Origin: an uncultured bacterium
GTDB taxonomy: Bacteria > Chloroflexota > UBA5177 > JANWHV01
DNA: 64,000 nucleotides
Direction: 5' to 3'
Assembly (NCBI GenBank): GCA_963827235.1
Contig: CAWHAE010000019.1
Span: 160,001-224,000, forward strand
The notes beneath the pieces were generated by a model. That model did not search any database. It worked only from the letters and a program-made list of their open reading frames with translations, and was not told where the DNA came from. Shown piece by piece: positions 41,703 to 51,196 of the stretch; within the stretch, counting starts at the first letter, position 1, and each line of letters opens with the position of its first letter. A program made the position numbers and the translations under genes.

Positions 41703-43178
41703 ATGACTGCCGAAACCAGGCTCGCCGAGAGCGGCCAAAATCCAGCTGCGCCGCCGGGAACGGTGAAGAATGCCGACCCTACCCGCTTGACCCCTTGGCT
41801 GCTGGGCATCTTGGCCATCGTGATGATCGCGGACATGCTGGACCTCATAGACTCGCAGATCACCAACATCGCCGCACCGTCCATCGTGCACAGTCTGGGT
41901 GGCGGCGAGGCGCTGATCAAGTGGCTGGGCGCAAGCTACCAGATGGCCCTCGGCACGTTCCTGGTCATAGGCGGCAGGCTCGGAGACCGCTATGGCAAGC
42001 GCCGGCTCTACCTGATAGGCATCACCGGCTTCGTGGCCGCCTCGGCGCTCTGCGGCCTATCCGTCGACCCGGCCATGATCATCATCGGGCGGATCATCCA
42101 GGGCGCGTTCGGCGCCATGCTGATCCCGCAGGGCATCAGCATCCTCATGGCCAACTTCTCCCGTGATCAGCTGCCCCGCGCCTTCAGTGCCTTCGCCCCG
42201 ATCATGGGCATTGCCGCCGTCTCCGGGCCGATCGTCGGCGGGTTCATCATCTCCGCCAATATTGCCGGCCAGCACTGGCGTCCGGTGTTCCTGATCAATG
42301 TCGTGTTCGGTGGGGTTGGCCTCATCGCAGCGCTCAGGCTCCTACCGCATGACAAGCCCGCCTCCCATGAGCGCATCGACGCCATCGGTTCAGGCCTGCT
42401 GGGGCTCATGATGCTCACCCTCATCTTTGGCCTCATTCAGGGCTCGACCATTGGCTGGACCGCCATCCCGATCGCCGGCTTGGCCGCCGGCGCCATCTTC
42501 TTCGTCGCCTTCGCCGTACGCCAGCGCCAGGCTACCGACCCTCTGATCAAGCCATCGTTGTTCACCAACAGGGGGTTTAGCGCCGGGCTGGTTATCGCCC
42601 TGGCCTTCTTCGTGGCCATGGCCGGCCTCAGCTACGTGCTCTCGCTGTTCTTCCAGCTCATTCTCCACTTCACCCCCGACCACGCCGCGATCGCCATGTC
42701 ACCCATTGCGCTGGGCTTCATCGGTGGCTCCTTCGGCTGCTATCCACTCATTCAGCGCCTGGGCCGCACGATCGTCGCTAGCGGCCTTGCCGTGACCCTG
42801 TGCGGAGCGCTCGGGCTTTGGGCCACGGTCCTGGCGCGGGGCACCGGGGTCAGCGCGTGGCTGACGGCTCCCTCGATCTTTGTCTTTGGCCTGGGGATGG
42901 GCGCCTGCATCAGCAGCCTCTTCAACGTAGCACTCGGCGACGTCGCCCACGACGAAGCGGGGAGCGCCAGCGGTGCGCTCAGCGCCGCCCAGCAGCTCGC
43001 TACCGCGATCGGGTCTGCGGTCGTCACAACCGTCTTTTTCAAGGTCGATGCCAGTCACGGCGGCGCCACAGCCATGACTGCCACCGTCTTCGTCGTCGTG
43101 ATGATCTTCGCCGTCTGCCTCGGCCTGGTATGGCTACTGCCTCGCTCAGCCGCTCCGGAGGAGTTTCCCGTCGGATAG
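41703..43178 (+). CDS. MFS drug:H+ antiporter (DHA2, EmrB/QacA type)
   Basis: DLIDSQITNIAAP, GGRLGDRYGKRR, GPIVGG, WRPVFLINV; about 14 TMs. Confidence 0.92.
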   Translation: MTAETRLAESGQNPAAPPGTVKNADPTRLTPWLLGILAIVMIADMLDLIDSQITNIAAPSIVHSLGGGEALIKWLGASYQMALGTFLVIGGRLGDRYGKRRLYLIGITGFVAASALCGLSVDPAMIIIGRIIQGAFGAMLIPQGISILMANFSRDQLPRAFSAFAPIMGIAAVSGPIVGGFIISANIAGQHWRPVFLINVVFGGVGLIAALRLLPHDKPASHERIDAIGSGLLGLMMLTLIFGLIQGSTIGWTAIPIAGLAAGAIFFVAFAVRQRQATDPLIKPSLFTNRGFSAGLVIALAFFVAMAGLSYVLSLFFQLILHFTPDHAAIAMSPIALGFIGGSFGCYPLIQRLGRTIVASGLAVTLCGALGLWATVLARGTGVSAWLTAPSIFVFGLGMGACISSLFNVALGDVAHDEAGSASGALSAAQQLATAIGSAVVTTVFFKVDASHGGATAMTATVFVVVMIFAVCLGLVWLLPRSAAPEEFPVG

Positions 43179-43179
43179 T

Positions 43180-43610
43180 CCTGGCCGCCAGGGTAGCCAG
43201 GGCCAGGTTGATTGGCGAGGATCATGGCGAGCATCGCGGATCCGAACGAGCCGCCGACCTGCTGCACGATCCGGGTTGTACTGCTGGCATGGGCCACTTC
43301 GTCCCGCGGGACTGCTTGGAAGGCGCCGGCCTTGACCCCGACGACCGCCCCAGACATACCGGCGCCACGGACGTAGGGCAATGTGGCCGGCAGCCACTCG
43401 TTCGAGGCAGAACCCGCCTGTGTAAAGGCCAGCGAGCCGAGCGCGATGAGGATCACTCCCCCGACTACCACGAAGCGCGGGCCAATCCGATCGGTGAGCT
43501 TGCCCTCGATGGTGCGGGGTAGAAGCGAGCCTATGCCCCGCGGCGCGAGAAATAGGCCAGTCAGCAGCGCGCTCTTGCCCAGAACGTCTTGGTAGTAGAG
43601 CTAGAGCAGA
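43180..43610 (-). pseudogene. C-terminal fragment of a DHA2 MFS transporter
   Basis: LL*LYYQDVLGKSALLTGLFLAPRGIG...GKLTDRIGPR...AHASSTTRIVQQVGGSFGSA; in-frame stop and no N-terminal half. Confidence 0.75.
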
Positions 43611-43717
43611 AGTGTGTCCGGTTGGCGAGTGGCATCCGGTGCCGCGAGACGCCGCAGGGGTCGCGGAATCAGCCATCGAACCGGCGAGCCAGGTCACGTA
43701 CGGTAGTCGCGGCCGCA

Positions 43718-44624
43718 TCAGCCGACCAGTAGAGCGAGCCTCCCGCGCACGTGACCGTTCTCACTGACGCGGTGCGCCTCCGCGATCTTGGCGAGCGCGA
43801 AGGTCTGCTCGACCGGGAGCGAGAAGCTGCCCGGACTCGATCAGCTCGCCGATCTCGGCGAGCGCGTGCATCGCGCGTCCGTCATCCCCCCTGCTGAACC
43901 TCACTCCGTGCTCCTGCGCGCCAGCGAAGTCGGAGAGCGTCACCACGTGCTCCGAGCCGCCCGCGAGCCCGATGAGCTCGGGCAGGACGCCGCTCCCGGC
44001 GACGTCGAGCGCCTCGTCGACGCCATCGGGCGCGAGCGCGCGAACACGCTCGCTGAGGCCCTCGCCGTAGGCGACGGGCTCGGCGCCCAGCGAGCGCAGG
44101 TAATCGTGGTTGCCGGGACTGGCGGTGCCGATCACGCGCGCGCCGCGCACCACGGCGAGCTGGACGGCAGCGCTACCGACCCCGCCGGCGGCGCCGTTGA
44201 CGAGCAGCGTGCTCCCGGCTCCGACGCCGAGCGCGTCCAGGGCGCGCGTGGCCGTCTCGATGGCGACGGGCAGCACAGCTGCCTCGGCGAAGCCAAGCGA
44301 CGGCGGGATCGGCGCGTAGTAGGAGAGCAGCGCCAGCTCGGCCGCGCCCGAGCCGTCGGGGGAGACGCCGAACACTCGATCGCCGACGGTGACGTCCGTG
44401 ACGCCCTCTCCGACCTCGTCGACGACGCCCGCTACCTCGCGACCCGTCGTCTGCGGGAGTTCCCCGCCATGCAGGCCCTTGCGCAGCTTCCAGTCGGTCG
44501 CATTGACGCCGACCGCGCGCACCGCGATCCGGATAAGGCCGGGCCCCGCGTGCGGCTCCGGAAGATCCACGATCTCGAGGACCTCCGGGCCCCCGAACCT
44601 GCTGAAACGGGCTGCCTTCATCAT
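43718..44624 (-). CDS. NADP-dependent MDR/quinone oxidoreductase, frameshift near 43830
   Basis: MKAARFSRFGGPEVL, GVNATDWK, VNGAAGGVG; the conserved tail VEQTFALAKIAEAHRVSENGHVRGRLALLVG* lies in another frame ending at 43718. Confidence 0.85.
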
Positions 44625-44829
44625 TCGCTCCTATCTAATCTAGACCACCCGGCGTCGCGCTTACTACGCGCTCGACGGTGTACGCTGTGCGCTGCGAACA
44701 TCATGATCTAAAGTCTGGTGCTTGATCTCCAACTGCGACGCTCTCGCTTGCGGATGCCGTGTTTGCTACGGTACCCATACCCTTTCGCGATCGTTTCATT
44801 TGCTTCAGTCGTTGGGAAGCCAGGATTCA

Positions 44830-44960
44830 GTGCCGCGCTGGCGTTGGTCAGCGACGTCGCCCGGCTGACCAGCTTTTGCGGCGCCGCGTTGATCAGGTGC
44901 GTGTTCAAGGGCATCATCATGCCGAGGACCACGCCGATGAATGGTCCTGACCGACGGTGA
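44830..44960 (-). pseudogene. Short fragment of a second DHA2 MFS gene
   Basis: GVVLGMMMPLNTHLINAAPQKLVSRATSLTNA resembles the late TM/loop region of LmrB/EmrB-like proteins. Confidence 0.5.
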
Positions 44961-45033
44961 CAGCCATGGTGGGTACTCCCGCTTCTTTCAAGTGTGTTCC
45001 CTGTTCCTCTAGTACAGCTCGGCAGTTAGTCGA

Positions 45034-45047
45034 TTACCGTGCGGTAA
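45034..45047. promoter_or_regulatory. Palindromic operator (TetR type)
   Basis: TTACCG-TG-CGGTAA just upstream of the tetR remnant; related CTACCG half sites at 45068 and 45081. Confidence 0.5.
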
Positions 45048-45108
45048 GTAAGTGACCTGCGCCCATCCTACCGAGCAAACCTACCGGTCGTCAAGTAATC
45101 TGAGATGC

Positions 45109-45690
45109 ATGACACAGCAACGAGCACATTCGTGTGGGATTGACGGCCACGTGGTGGCGCCGATCCTGACGGGCGCCGAGTCGGGTCCCGCGCAGTCGAC
45201 GCGCGAGCGGACCCTGGACATCGCCCTGGATCTCTTCGTGCGCAAGGGCTACGCGGAGACCTCGCTGCGCGAGATCGCCGTGGAGCTGGGCTTCTCAAAG
45301 TCGGCGCTCTACTACCATTTCGAGAGCAAGCAGGACATTCTCCTGGCCCTACACATGCGGTTGCACAGCCTTACGCAGGCCTGCTTCCGCTGCTCGAGGA
45401 AGGTGACATAGCCGGCGACACCTGGGAGCGATTGGTCGATCGGCTGATCGGCTTTGCCCTAGAGAACCGGCGGCTGATCGAGCTGCACCTGCGCAATCGG
45501 GAGCCGATCGCCGACCTGCATCGCGACGATGCGCTAAAGAGGCATGGCTCACAACAACATCGCGAGGAAGATCTGGAAGGTCTCGTCCAAGGTCTGCTCG
45601 CGGATCCGGCGATGCCGATCGAACGGCGCGTGAGGATGATGGCTTGCATGGTTGCGGTCGCCGGAGTCATGTTCGGAGCGAATTCCTGCC
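45109..45690 (+). pseudogene. TetR family regulator, frameshifted near 45378, C-terminus eroded
   Basis: TRERTLDIALDLFVRKGYAETSLREIAVELGFSKSALYYHFESKQDIL; continues LLPLLEEG...WERLVDRLI in another frame. Confidence 0.75.
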
Positions 45691-46173
45691 CGGCTCGCCG
45701 TAGCCTCGTCCTGGTTCCGATCGCGAGTGGCTGCTGTCCACCCCTCCGCCGCCGGCGTTCGCGCGGGTGCCCGCACGACCATTCCTGCCGCCACCGCGGT
45801 TACCTCACCCTGCTCTGCTCCCCTCTGGGCGAGACTGGCCACCGTCACAGTATTGCAGGCCGTTCAGCTACGTGGCGGTGACTGCAGCCTGCGGGCTTCG
45901 CCCGCTGTCCAGACCCCCTGCGTGCTGGAATGAGAGTCTTTGATAGTGCGCGGCCTGTAGCTGCGAGTGCCGCGGCACGTAACGTGGGTCCATCGGGCCG
46001 AAGGGCTCGAGCCGGTGGCGGGCGATTGGCGGTGACTCTCGGTCTGGCCATCGGGAAAGGTGTCGGAGGCATGCAGGGGATATTGGCTGTGCCGGCTTCC
46101 GGCCCGTGGCGAGCACTATGCGCGGTCACTGTCCTGAACAACAGGCGGAGCCGGGAGGAGTGGGAGACGATCG

Positions 46174-49100
46174 ATGCAGTGCCCAAGATGCGCTTACGTA
46201 AGCCAGTCCAGGAACATATCCTGCCCGAGCTGCCACGGCACGTTCGCCAGGACAGACCTGGAGGAACTGGACCATCTGACGTTCACGCGCGATCGACTGG
46301 ACCGTTGGACCATGGACGGCACCCTGGCGGCACAGGTCGGCGCCAGGCTCGTGGCACTTACCGACGCCGAAAGGAACCGATTGCTGGCTCACATAGACCT
46401 CCAGGCGGCGCCGAAGGTTCCCCGGTCCGGGCAGGTTGCAGCCGGGCCGGCACCTGCGGCGAGAGTGCAATGCGAGGACACGGTCATCGCGGCGAAAGCG
46501 GCGGACCGCTGTGCGGCGCCGGCCCTGGCAGGGCCGGGGTCTTCGGCGGCTGCGTCACGCGCCGGACCTCCTGCGCCGCGCCATGACCCGTCGAGTGGCG
46601 GCGCCCCGCTGCCGCCGCCGAGCAGATCCAACTCGGCAAGAAGGCTATCCCCGGGGCTGGCGGTACCGGCGCTGGCGCCCGCGCGCAAGCAGGTTCCTTC
46701 ATTTACCTGGAAGCAGGTAGGTACCTACCTGCTCTCTGAGCGCACGCTCAACGCACTGCTCGGCATGGGCGCCTTCCTGATCCTGGCTGCGGCAGTCGTG
46801 ATCTCCACAGTGAACCCTACCGGGCTCGGGCCGTTGACTCATCTGGCGGCGATGCTCGGCACCACCGCGGTCTTTTACGCGGCAGGAGTCGCCGTGCAGC
46901 ATCGGCTTGGCCTGCCCCGTACCGGCGCCGCACTGCTGGCTATCGGCGCCGCCTTCATCCCGCTGGATGCGTGCACGTTCGGACGGGACATTCTGGCTCT
47001 CGAGCCGCGCTCGATCTGGGTCGTGGCGTCGCTGCTCTGCTTGCCGATCTACCTCACCTCTCATCTCACGCTCTACGATCGCGCTTCTGCCGTTCTGACC
47101 TCGGTCGCCGGTGGCAGCCTCGTCATGTCGCTGGCGTACCCACTGGGTGTGGACCCCATCTGGGGTGGTTGCGCCCTGGTCGGCCTTGCCGGTATCTATC
47201 TGGTGGTTGCGCAGCGGATCCGTCACAGCCGCAAGAACCTCTACTGGTCGCTGTTCTGGGGTGCGCAGCTGGCGACGCCCATTTGCATGGCCGGCCTCCT
47301 GGCGCTGCGCTTCGCCCCGGGCGTGCTCGGCGCGTTTCCTCCACGAGCCTTCCTGAATGCGGTTGGCGCCCTGCCAGGCGCCTCCCTCGACTATGCCGTG
47401 GGTACGACCTGGTGGCTGGGGGCCGCGTACTACGCCCTGGCCGCGCACCTCATGGCGCGCCGCTCGTGTGCACTTGCTGCGGCGTGGATCATCCCCTGCG
47501 CCGTTCTCTTCACGCTCACCAAGTCTCCGCTTGGCGCCGAGTGGTACGGTGTGGCCCTGGCGGCGCTTGCCGCGCTCTACATGCTGTTTGGACGTCACGT
47601 CCAGGACGCGCTCAACGGCGCAGCCCGCCCGAGCCTTCTGCAGCTCATAGGCCGGCCCGCGTACCAGGTCGGCTTGACCCTGGCCCTGCTAGCCGCGATG
47701 TGGCCGCCCGCGATCTCACAGGCTCGGCTGACCTCGACCGGCGAGTCGATCGCACTCTGGATGCTCGTCGGTCTCTCAGCTTGGTCCGCTCTCACGTTCC
47801 GGCACGCCCTATTCCGCTACGCTGCGGCCTACCTGATCCTGGCCGCGCTGGCGAGCGCTCCGGCTGGGCAGGTGCCTTCGGTTCCCGGACAGCCGGGTCT
47901 CGGCTTGGCCGCCCTGGCGGCCTGCTACCTGTTGTTTGGCCGGTTGACCGGTGGACGGCACCTGAGAGGCGACCGCCGTGCAGCGTACGCGGGCCTGGCT
48001 CGCGATCCGTTCTTCCAGGTGGCCGCGTTGCTCACGGCGGTCGCCGCTCTGCGGCCGGCCCTCATCCCGCACACGACATTCGTGGCGCCGGCGGAGCTCT
48101 TGGCACTGGCCGCCGTGGCACTGGTGTACGGCGCGGCGGCATTCCTGCTCGATCAACGCGCCTGGGCGTACATCTGCATCGCTCTCGTTCCGGGGATCTG
48201 CGGCACGGCGATGGCATGGCAGGGCGTCGGCGGCGATACCGCGCTGCTCGGCTGGGCCGTGCTGGCTACCGTGCTCTGCACTGGCGGTGAGGTGGCGGCG
48301 TGGCGCACTGGAGAGGGCAGGCGACCTCTTGCCCGCACGCTGATGGGCATCGGCAGCTGGCGTTCTCGCTTCGGTTCGCCGCTCTTCGCCGGCGGCTATC
48401 TGGTGAGCGGGCTGGCCGCGTCTATGGGGCTCTCGCAGCGCGCCGATCTCTCCGCCATGCCGGGCCGGGGTGTGGCCGGCCTCTGCCTGGTCTGCGCGCT
48501 CTACGTGATCTCCTCTGCCGCCCGGCGGAGTAGCGTGTTCCTCTATCCCGCTACCTGGCTTCTGCTGCTCCCACTCACCGCCGTGGTGTCCCACGCCTAT
48601 GCGCAGCGGGGCATGGATTTTAGCGCGGCGCAGGATGGGCGCTTGCTGGCCATACTCGGGATTGGCTATCTGGCGCTCGCCTTCCCCGTGGATCGCGCGG
48701 GCGGTCACTACGCAAAGCCGCTCTATCTGGCGGCGTATGCTCTGGCAACCCTGGGCGTTGCTTTCGCTATTCCGGACCGCTCCCTCCTCGTACAATCGCT
48801 GGGCATAAGCTTGCTGGGCCTTATCTGGTCCGCTGGGCTCGTGCATGCCGGCCACCATCCATCGCACGCCTGGGCAATGGTGCAGTTCGTGGGTGACGGG
48901 TCGGCGACGGCGCTGGAGGCCGCTGAGATGCTCTTCCAGTACCTGGCCATCTGGCTGCTGCCCGTCTGGCTCGTCCTGCTGCAGAGTCTGCGACAGCCTC
49001 TGCCTGGTGTGGCGGACTATGGCCTTGTCCTGGCAGCGCTTGCGCCCACCTACGCGGCACTCGGTCTGCTCTTCCGGCGCATCCACGCGGCCTACCGGCT

Positions 49101-51150
49101 GCCCTGGTACCTGGCAGCATGTGTGCTATCGGCGCTCGGGCCCCTGGCGGCGCTGCCCGATCCGGGACTGCGCATCGCGGCGCTGGCAGTGTCCATCGCC
49201 CTCTACGTGGCGAGCGCCGTGAAGTCGCATCGCCACGAATGGCTCTGGTTGGCAGCGACGTTGGGTCCCGTTCTCCTGTTGGATTGCCTCCTCCGCACCG
49301 GTGACCCGGCTCACTCCTCCGGTGTCGCCTTGCTTGCACTGAGCTTGTGCTACGGCGCGATCGGCATGATCGTGCGGCGTCGCTGGTTCCACGGCACAGC
49401 CACGACTCCGCGCGCGGCATCCGATCGCTTCGCTTTGCCGTTCTTCGCGGTTGGGCAGGCTCTGTGCTTGATCGGACTCGCTCTCGCGGTGATGGTGCTG
49501 AGTGCGGATCTGGCTGTGCTCGGTTTTGCCCTGGCGGCCGTCCAGTACGGATGTGCGGCGGCCATCTCGCGCCGCCGCGTGTTCGCCACGCCGCTCGCCC
49601 TGACTTTCGCGGCGGCGTACTGGAGCGGAATGCTGGTCTGCGGACTGCCGATCGACGCGTACGGCCCTGCCCTTCTGCCTGCACTTGCCGCCTTCCTGAT
49701 CGTTGCGGAGCTCTTCCGCCTTACCGTCGGCGCCGCGGACGTCGTGGCAGAGCGCAGACGGCGACCGTACGCCCTCACCTGGGCCCTGCCCTTCGAGGTC
49801 TGCGCCCATTTTTCTGCCGTGTCCGCTTTCGTGCTGAGCGCACAAGGCAGCAGCCAGGCGACTGCCTGGTGGGGAATCGCGGCCGTGTACTGCGCGTTGG
49901 CGGTGTCCCGCCGGCAGCCCGGATGGCTCTATGCCGGCGCCGGCTCGGCGCTCGCTGCCTATGCAGGCACGGGAATGCTGCTGGCTCCCGGTCTCACGCT
50001 GCCCGTTCGACTGCTCAGTTTCGTTCCCGCGGTCTACGCTCTCGGCGGTCTCGCAGAGGCCATCGGATGGCGGACGAGCCGCGAGCACGGATCGGAGCCC
50101 TGGTATCTGCGCCGGCAAGAGTCCGCCTCCGTTGCCTGGGCTTTGCCAGTGCTCGCATGGGGTGCCGTGGCAGCGACGGCGTCCCTGGTGCTCAGCGCGG
50201 GCGACGCCCTGCTCCAGTGCTCCGCGTCCGACCTCTACGTGGCAGTGGCCTATTTCTGGCTGGCGGCAGTCCTCTCGCTCACCTGGCATAGCCGGGCGCT
50301 GGTGTGGGCGGCGATCGTTAGCTGCGCCCTGGGCTTCGAGGAGGCGCTGGCACTCGCGGGCGTCGCCTGGATCAACCAGCCGGCGTGCTGGGCCGGCGCC
50401 GCGCTGTCAGGCACCCTCGCGGGCACCCTGTGCAATCGGTCGGACGCGAAGGCGGCTAAGCTCTGGGGAGGTCCACTCCTGGTGGTCTCGTACGCCGCCA
50501 GCCTGCCGGCACTCGTGGTCGCCGTCGCCAATCTCAGTATTGGGCAGCAGGCTTTGCCGCCGCTGGCGGTGACTCTCGCCCTCGCCGGTTCGTACTTCCT
50601 CGCGCATGGCCTGGCGGAGCGCCGGCACCTGCCGTGCTATGCCGGTATCGGCCTCCTCGACGGCGCCTATGCATGCGAGCTCCTCTACAGAGATGTGGCG
50701 CAGCCGCAAGCGTTCTCGCTGGTGCTCGGCCTCTCGCTGCTGCTGGCGGCGTACCTGGAGTGGCGCCGCGGCGCGACCACGTCAAAGGCGCTCCTGGAGC
50801 TGGCAGCGATCGGTGCCGTACTGGGCACCACTCTTGTGCAGGGTTGCGGCGGTCTCGGTGCAGGCGACGACCGGTTCAGCTATGACACGTTTTTGCTGCT
50901 CGAAAGCGTCGTAGTGTTCGGACTGGCTTCGGCCCTGCGCTGGAAGCGACTCTTCTTCGCCGCCTGCGGCGCTCTGGTTGCCGATACCGGCATCCTGCTG
51001 GTCGACCCACTTCGGTCGATGCCCGCGTGGTATCTGATGGCCGCCATCGGCTTTGCCATGATCGGCCTCGTGGTCTTCCTCGAGCAGCGAAGGCAGCAGA
51101 TTCCGCTCTGGATCGACGAGGTCCGCCTGCACCTGGACACGTGGGGGTGA
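46174..51150 (+). CDS. Very large polytopic membrane protein with N-terminal zinc ribbon (DUF2157/SCO7613-like)
   Basis: MQCPRC...CPSC, Pro/Ala linker, LLGMGAFLILAAAVV, then dozens of hydrophobic segments; 1658 aa; GGGAG RBS. Confidence 0.8.
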   Translation: MQCPRCAYVSQSRNISCPSCHGTFARTDLEELDHLTFTRDRLDRWTMDGTLAAQVGARLVALTDAERNRLLAHIDLQAAPKVPRSGQVAAGPAPAARVQCEDTVIAAKAADRCAAPALAGPGSSAAASRAGPPAPRHDPSSGGAPLPPPSRSNSARRLSPGLAVPALAPARKQVPSFTWKQVGTYLLSERTLNALLGMGAFLILAAAVVISTVNPTGLGPLTHLAAMLGTTAVFYAAGVAVQHRLGLPRTGAALLAIGAAFIPLDACTFGRDILALEPRSIWVVASLLCLPIYLTSHLTLYDRASAVLTSVAGGSLVMSLAYPLGVDPIWGGCALVGLAGIYLVVAQRIRHSRKNLYWSLFWGAQLATPICMAGLLALRFAPGVLGAFPPRAFLNAVGALPGASLDYAVGTTWWLGAAYYALAAHLMARRSCALAAAWIIPCAVLFTLTKSPLGAEWYGVALAALAALYMLFGRHVQDALNGAARPSLLQLIGRPAYQVGLTLALLAAMWPPAISQARLTSTGESIALWMLVGLSAWSALTFRHALFRYAAAYLILAALASAPAGQVPSVPGQPGLGLAALAACYLLFGRLTGGRHLRGDRRAAYAGLARDPFFQVAALLTAVAALRPALIPHTTFVAPAELLALAAVALVYGAAAFLLDQRAWAYICIALVPGICGTAMAWQGVGGDTALLGWAVLATVLCTGGEVAAWRTGEGRRPLARTLMGIGSWRSRFGSPLFAGGYLVSGLAASMGLSQRADLSAMPGRGVAGLCLVCALYVISSAARRSSVFLYPATWLLLLPLTAVVSHAYAQRGMDFSAAQDGRLLAILGIGYLALAFPVDRAGGHYAKPLYLAAYALATLGVAFAIPDRSLLVQSLGISLLGLIWSAGLVHAGHHPSHAWAMVQFVGDGSATALEAAEMLFQYLAIWLLPVWLVLLQSLRQPLPGVADYGLVLAALAPTYAALGLLFRRIHAAYRLPWYLAACVLSALGPLAALPDPGLRIAALAVSIALYVASAVKSHRHEWLWLAATLGPVLLLDCLLRTGDPAHSSGVALLALSLCYGAIGMIVRRRWFHGTATTPRAASDRFALPFFAVGQALCLIGLALAVMVLSADLAVLGFALAAVQYGCAAAISRRRVFATPLALTFAAAYWSGMLVCGLPIDAYGPALLPALAAFLIVAELFRLTVGAADVVAERRRRPYALTWALPFEVCAHFSAVSAFVLSAQGSSQATAWWGIAAVYCALAVSRRQPGWLYAGAGSALAAYAGTGMLLAPGLTLPVRLLSFVPAVYALGGLAEAIGWRTSREHGSEPWYLRRQESASVAWALPVLAWGAVAATASLVLSAGDALLQCSASDLYVAVAYFWLAAVLSLTWHSRALVWAAIVSCALGFEEALALAGVAWINQPACWAGAALSGTLAGTLCNRSDAKAAKLWGGPLLVVSYAASLPALVVAVANLSIGQQALPPLAVTLALAGSYFLAHGLAERRHLPCYAGIGLLDGAYACELLYRDVAQPQAFSLVLGLSLLLAAYLEWRRGATTSKALLELAAIGAVLGTTLVQGCGGLGAGDDRFSYDTFLLLESVVVFGLASALRWKRLFFAACGALVADTGILLVDPLRSMPAWYLMAAIGFAMIGLVVFLEQRRQQIPLWIDEVRLHLDTWG

Positions 51151-51196
51151 TCGGCGCGGTAAGCGGCGCGGAAGCTCGCGCAGGCAGGCGGCCCGG

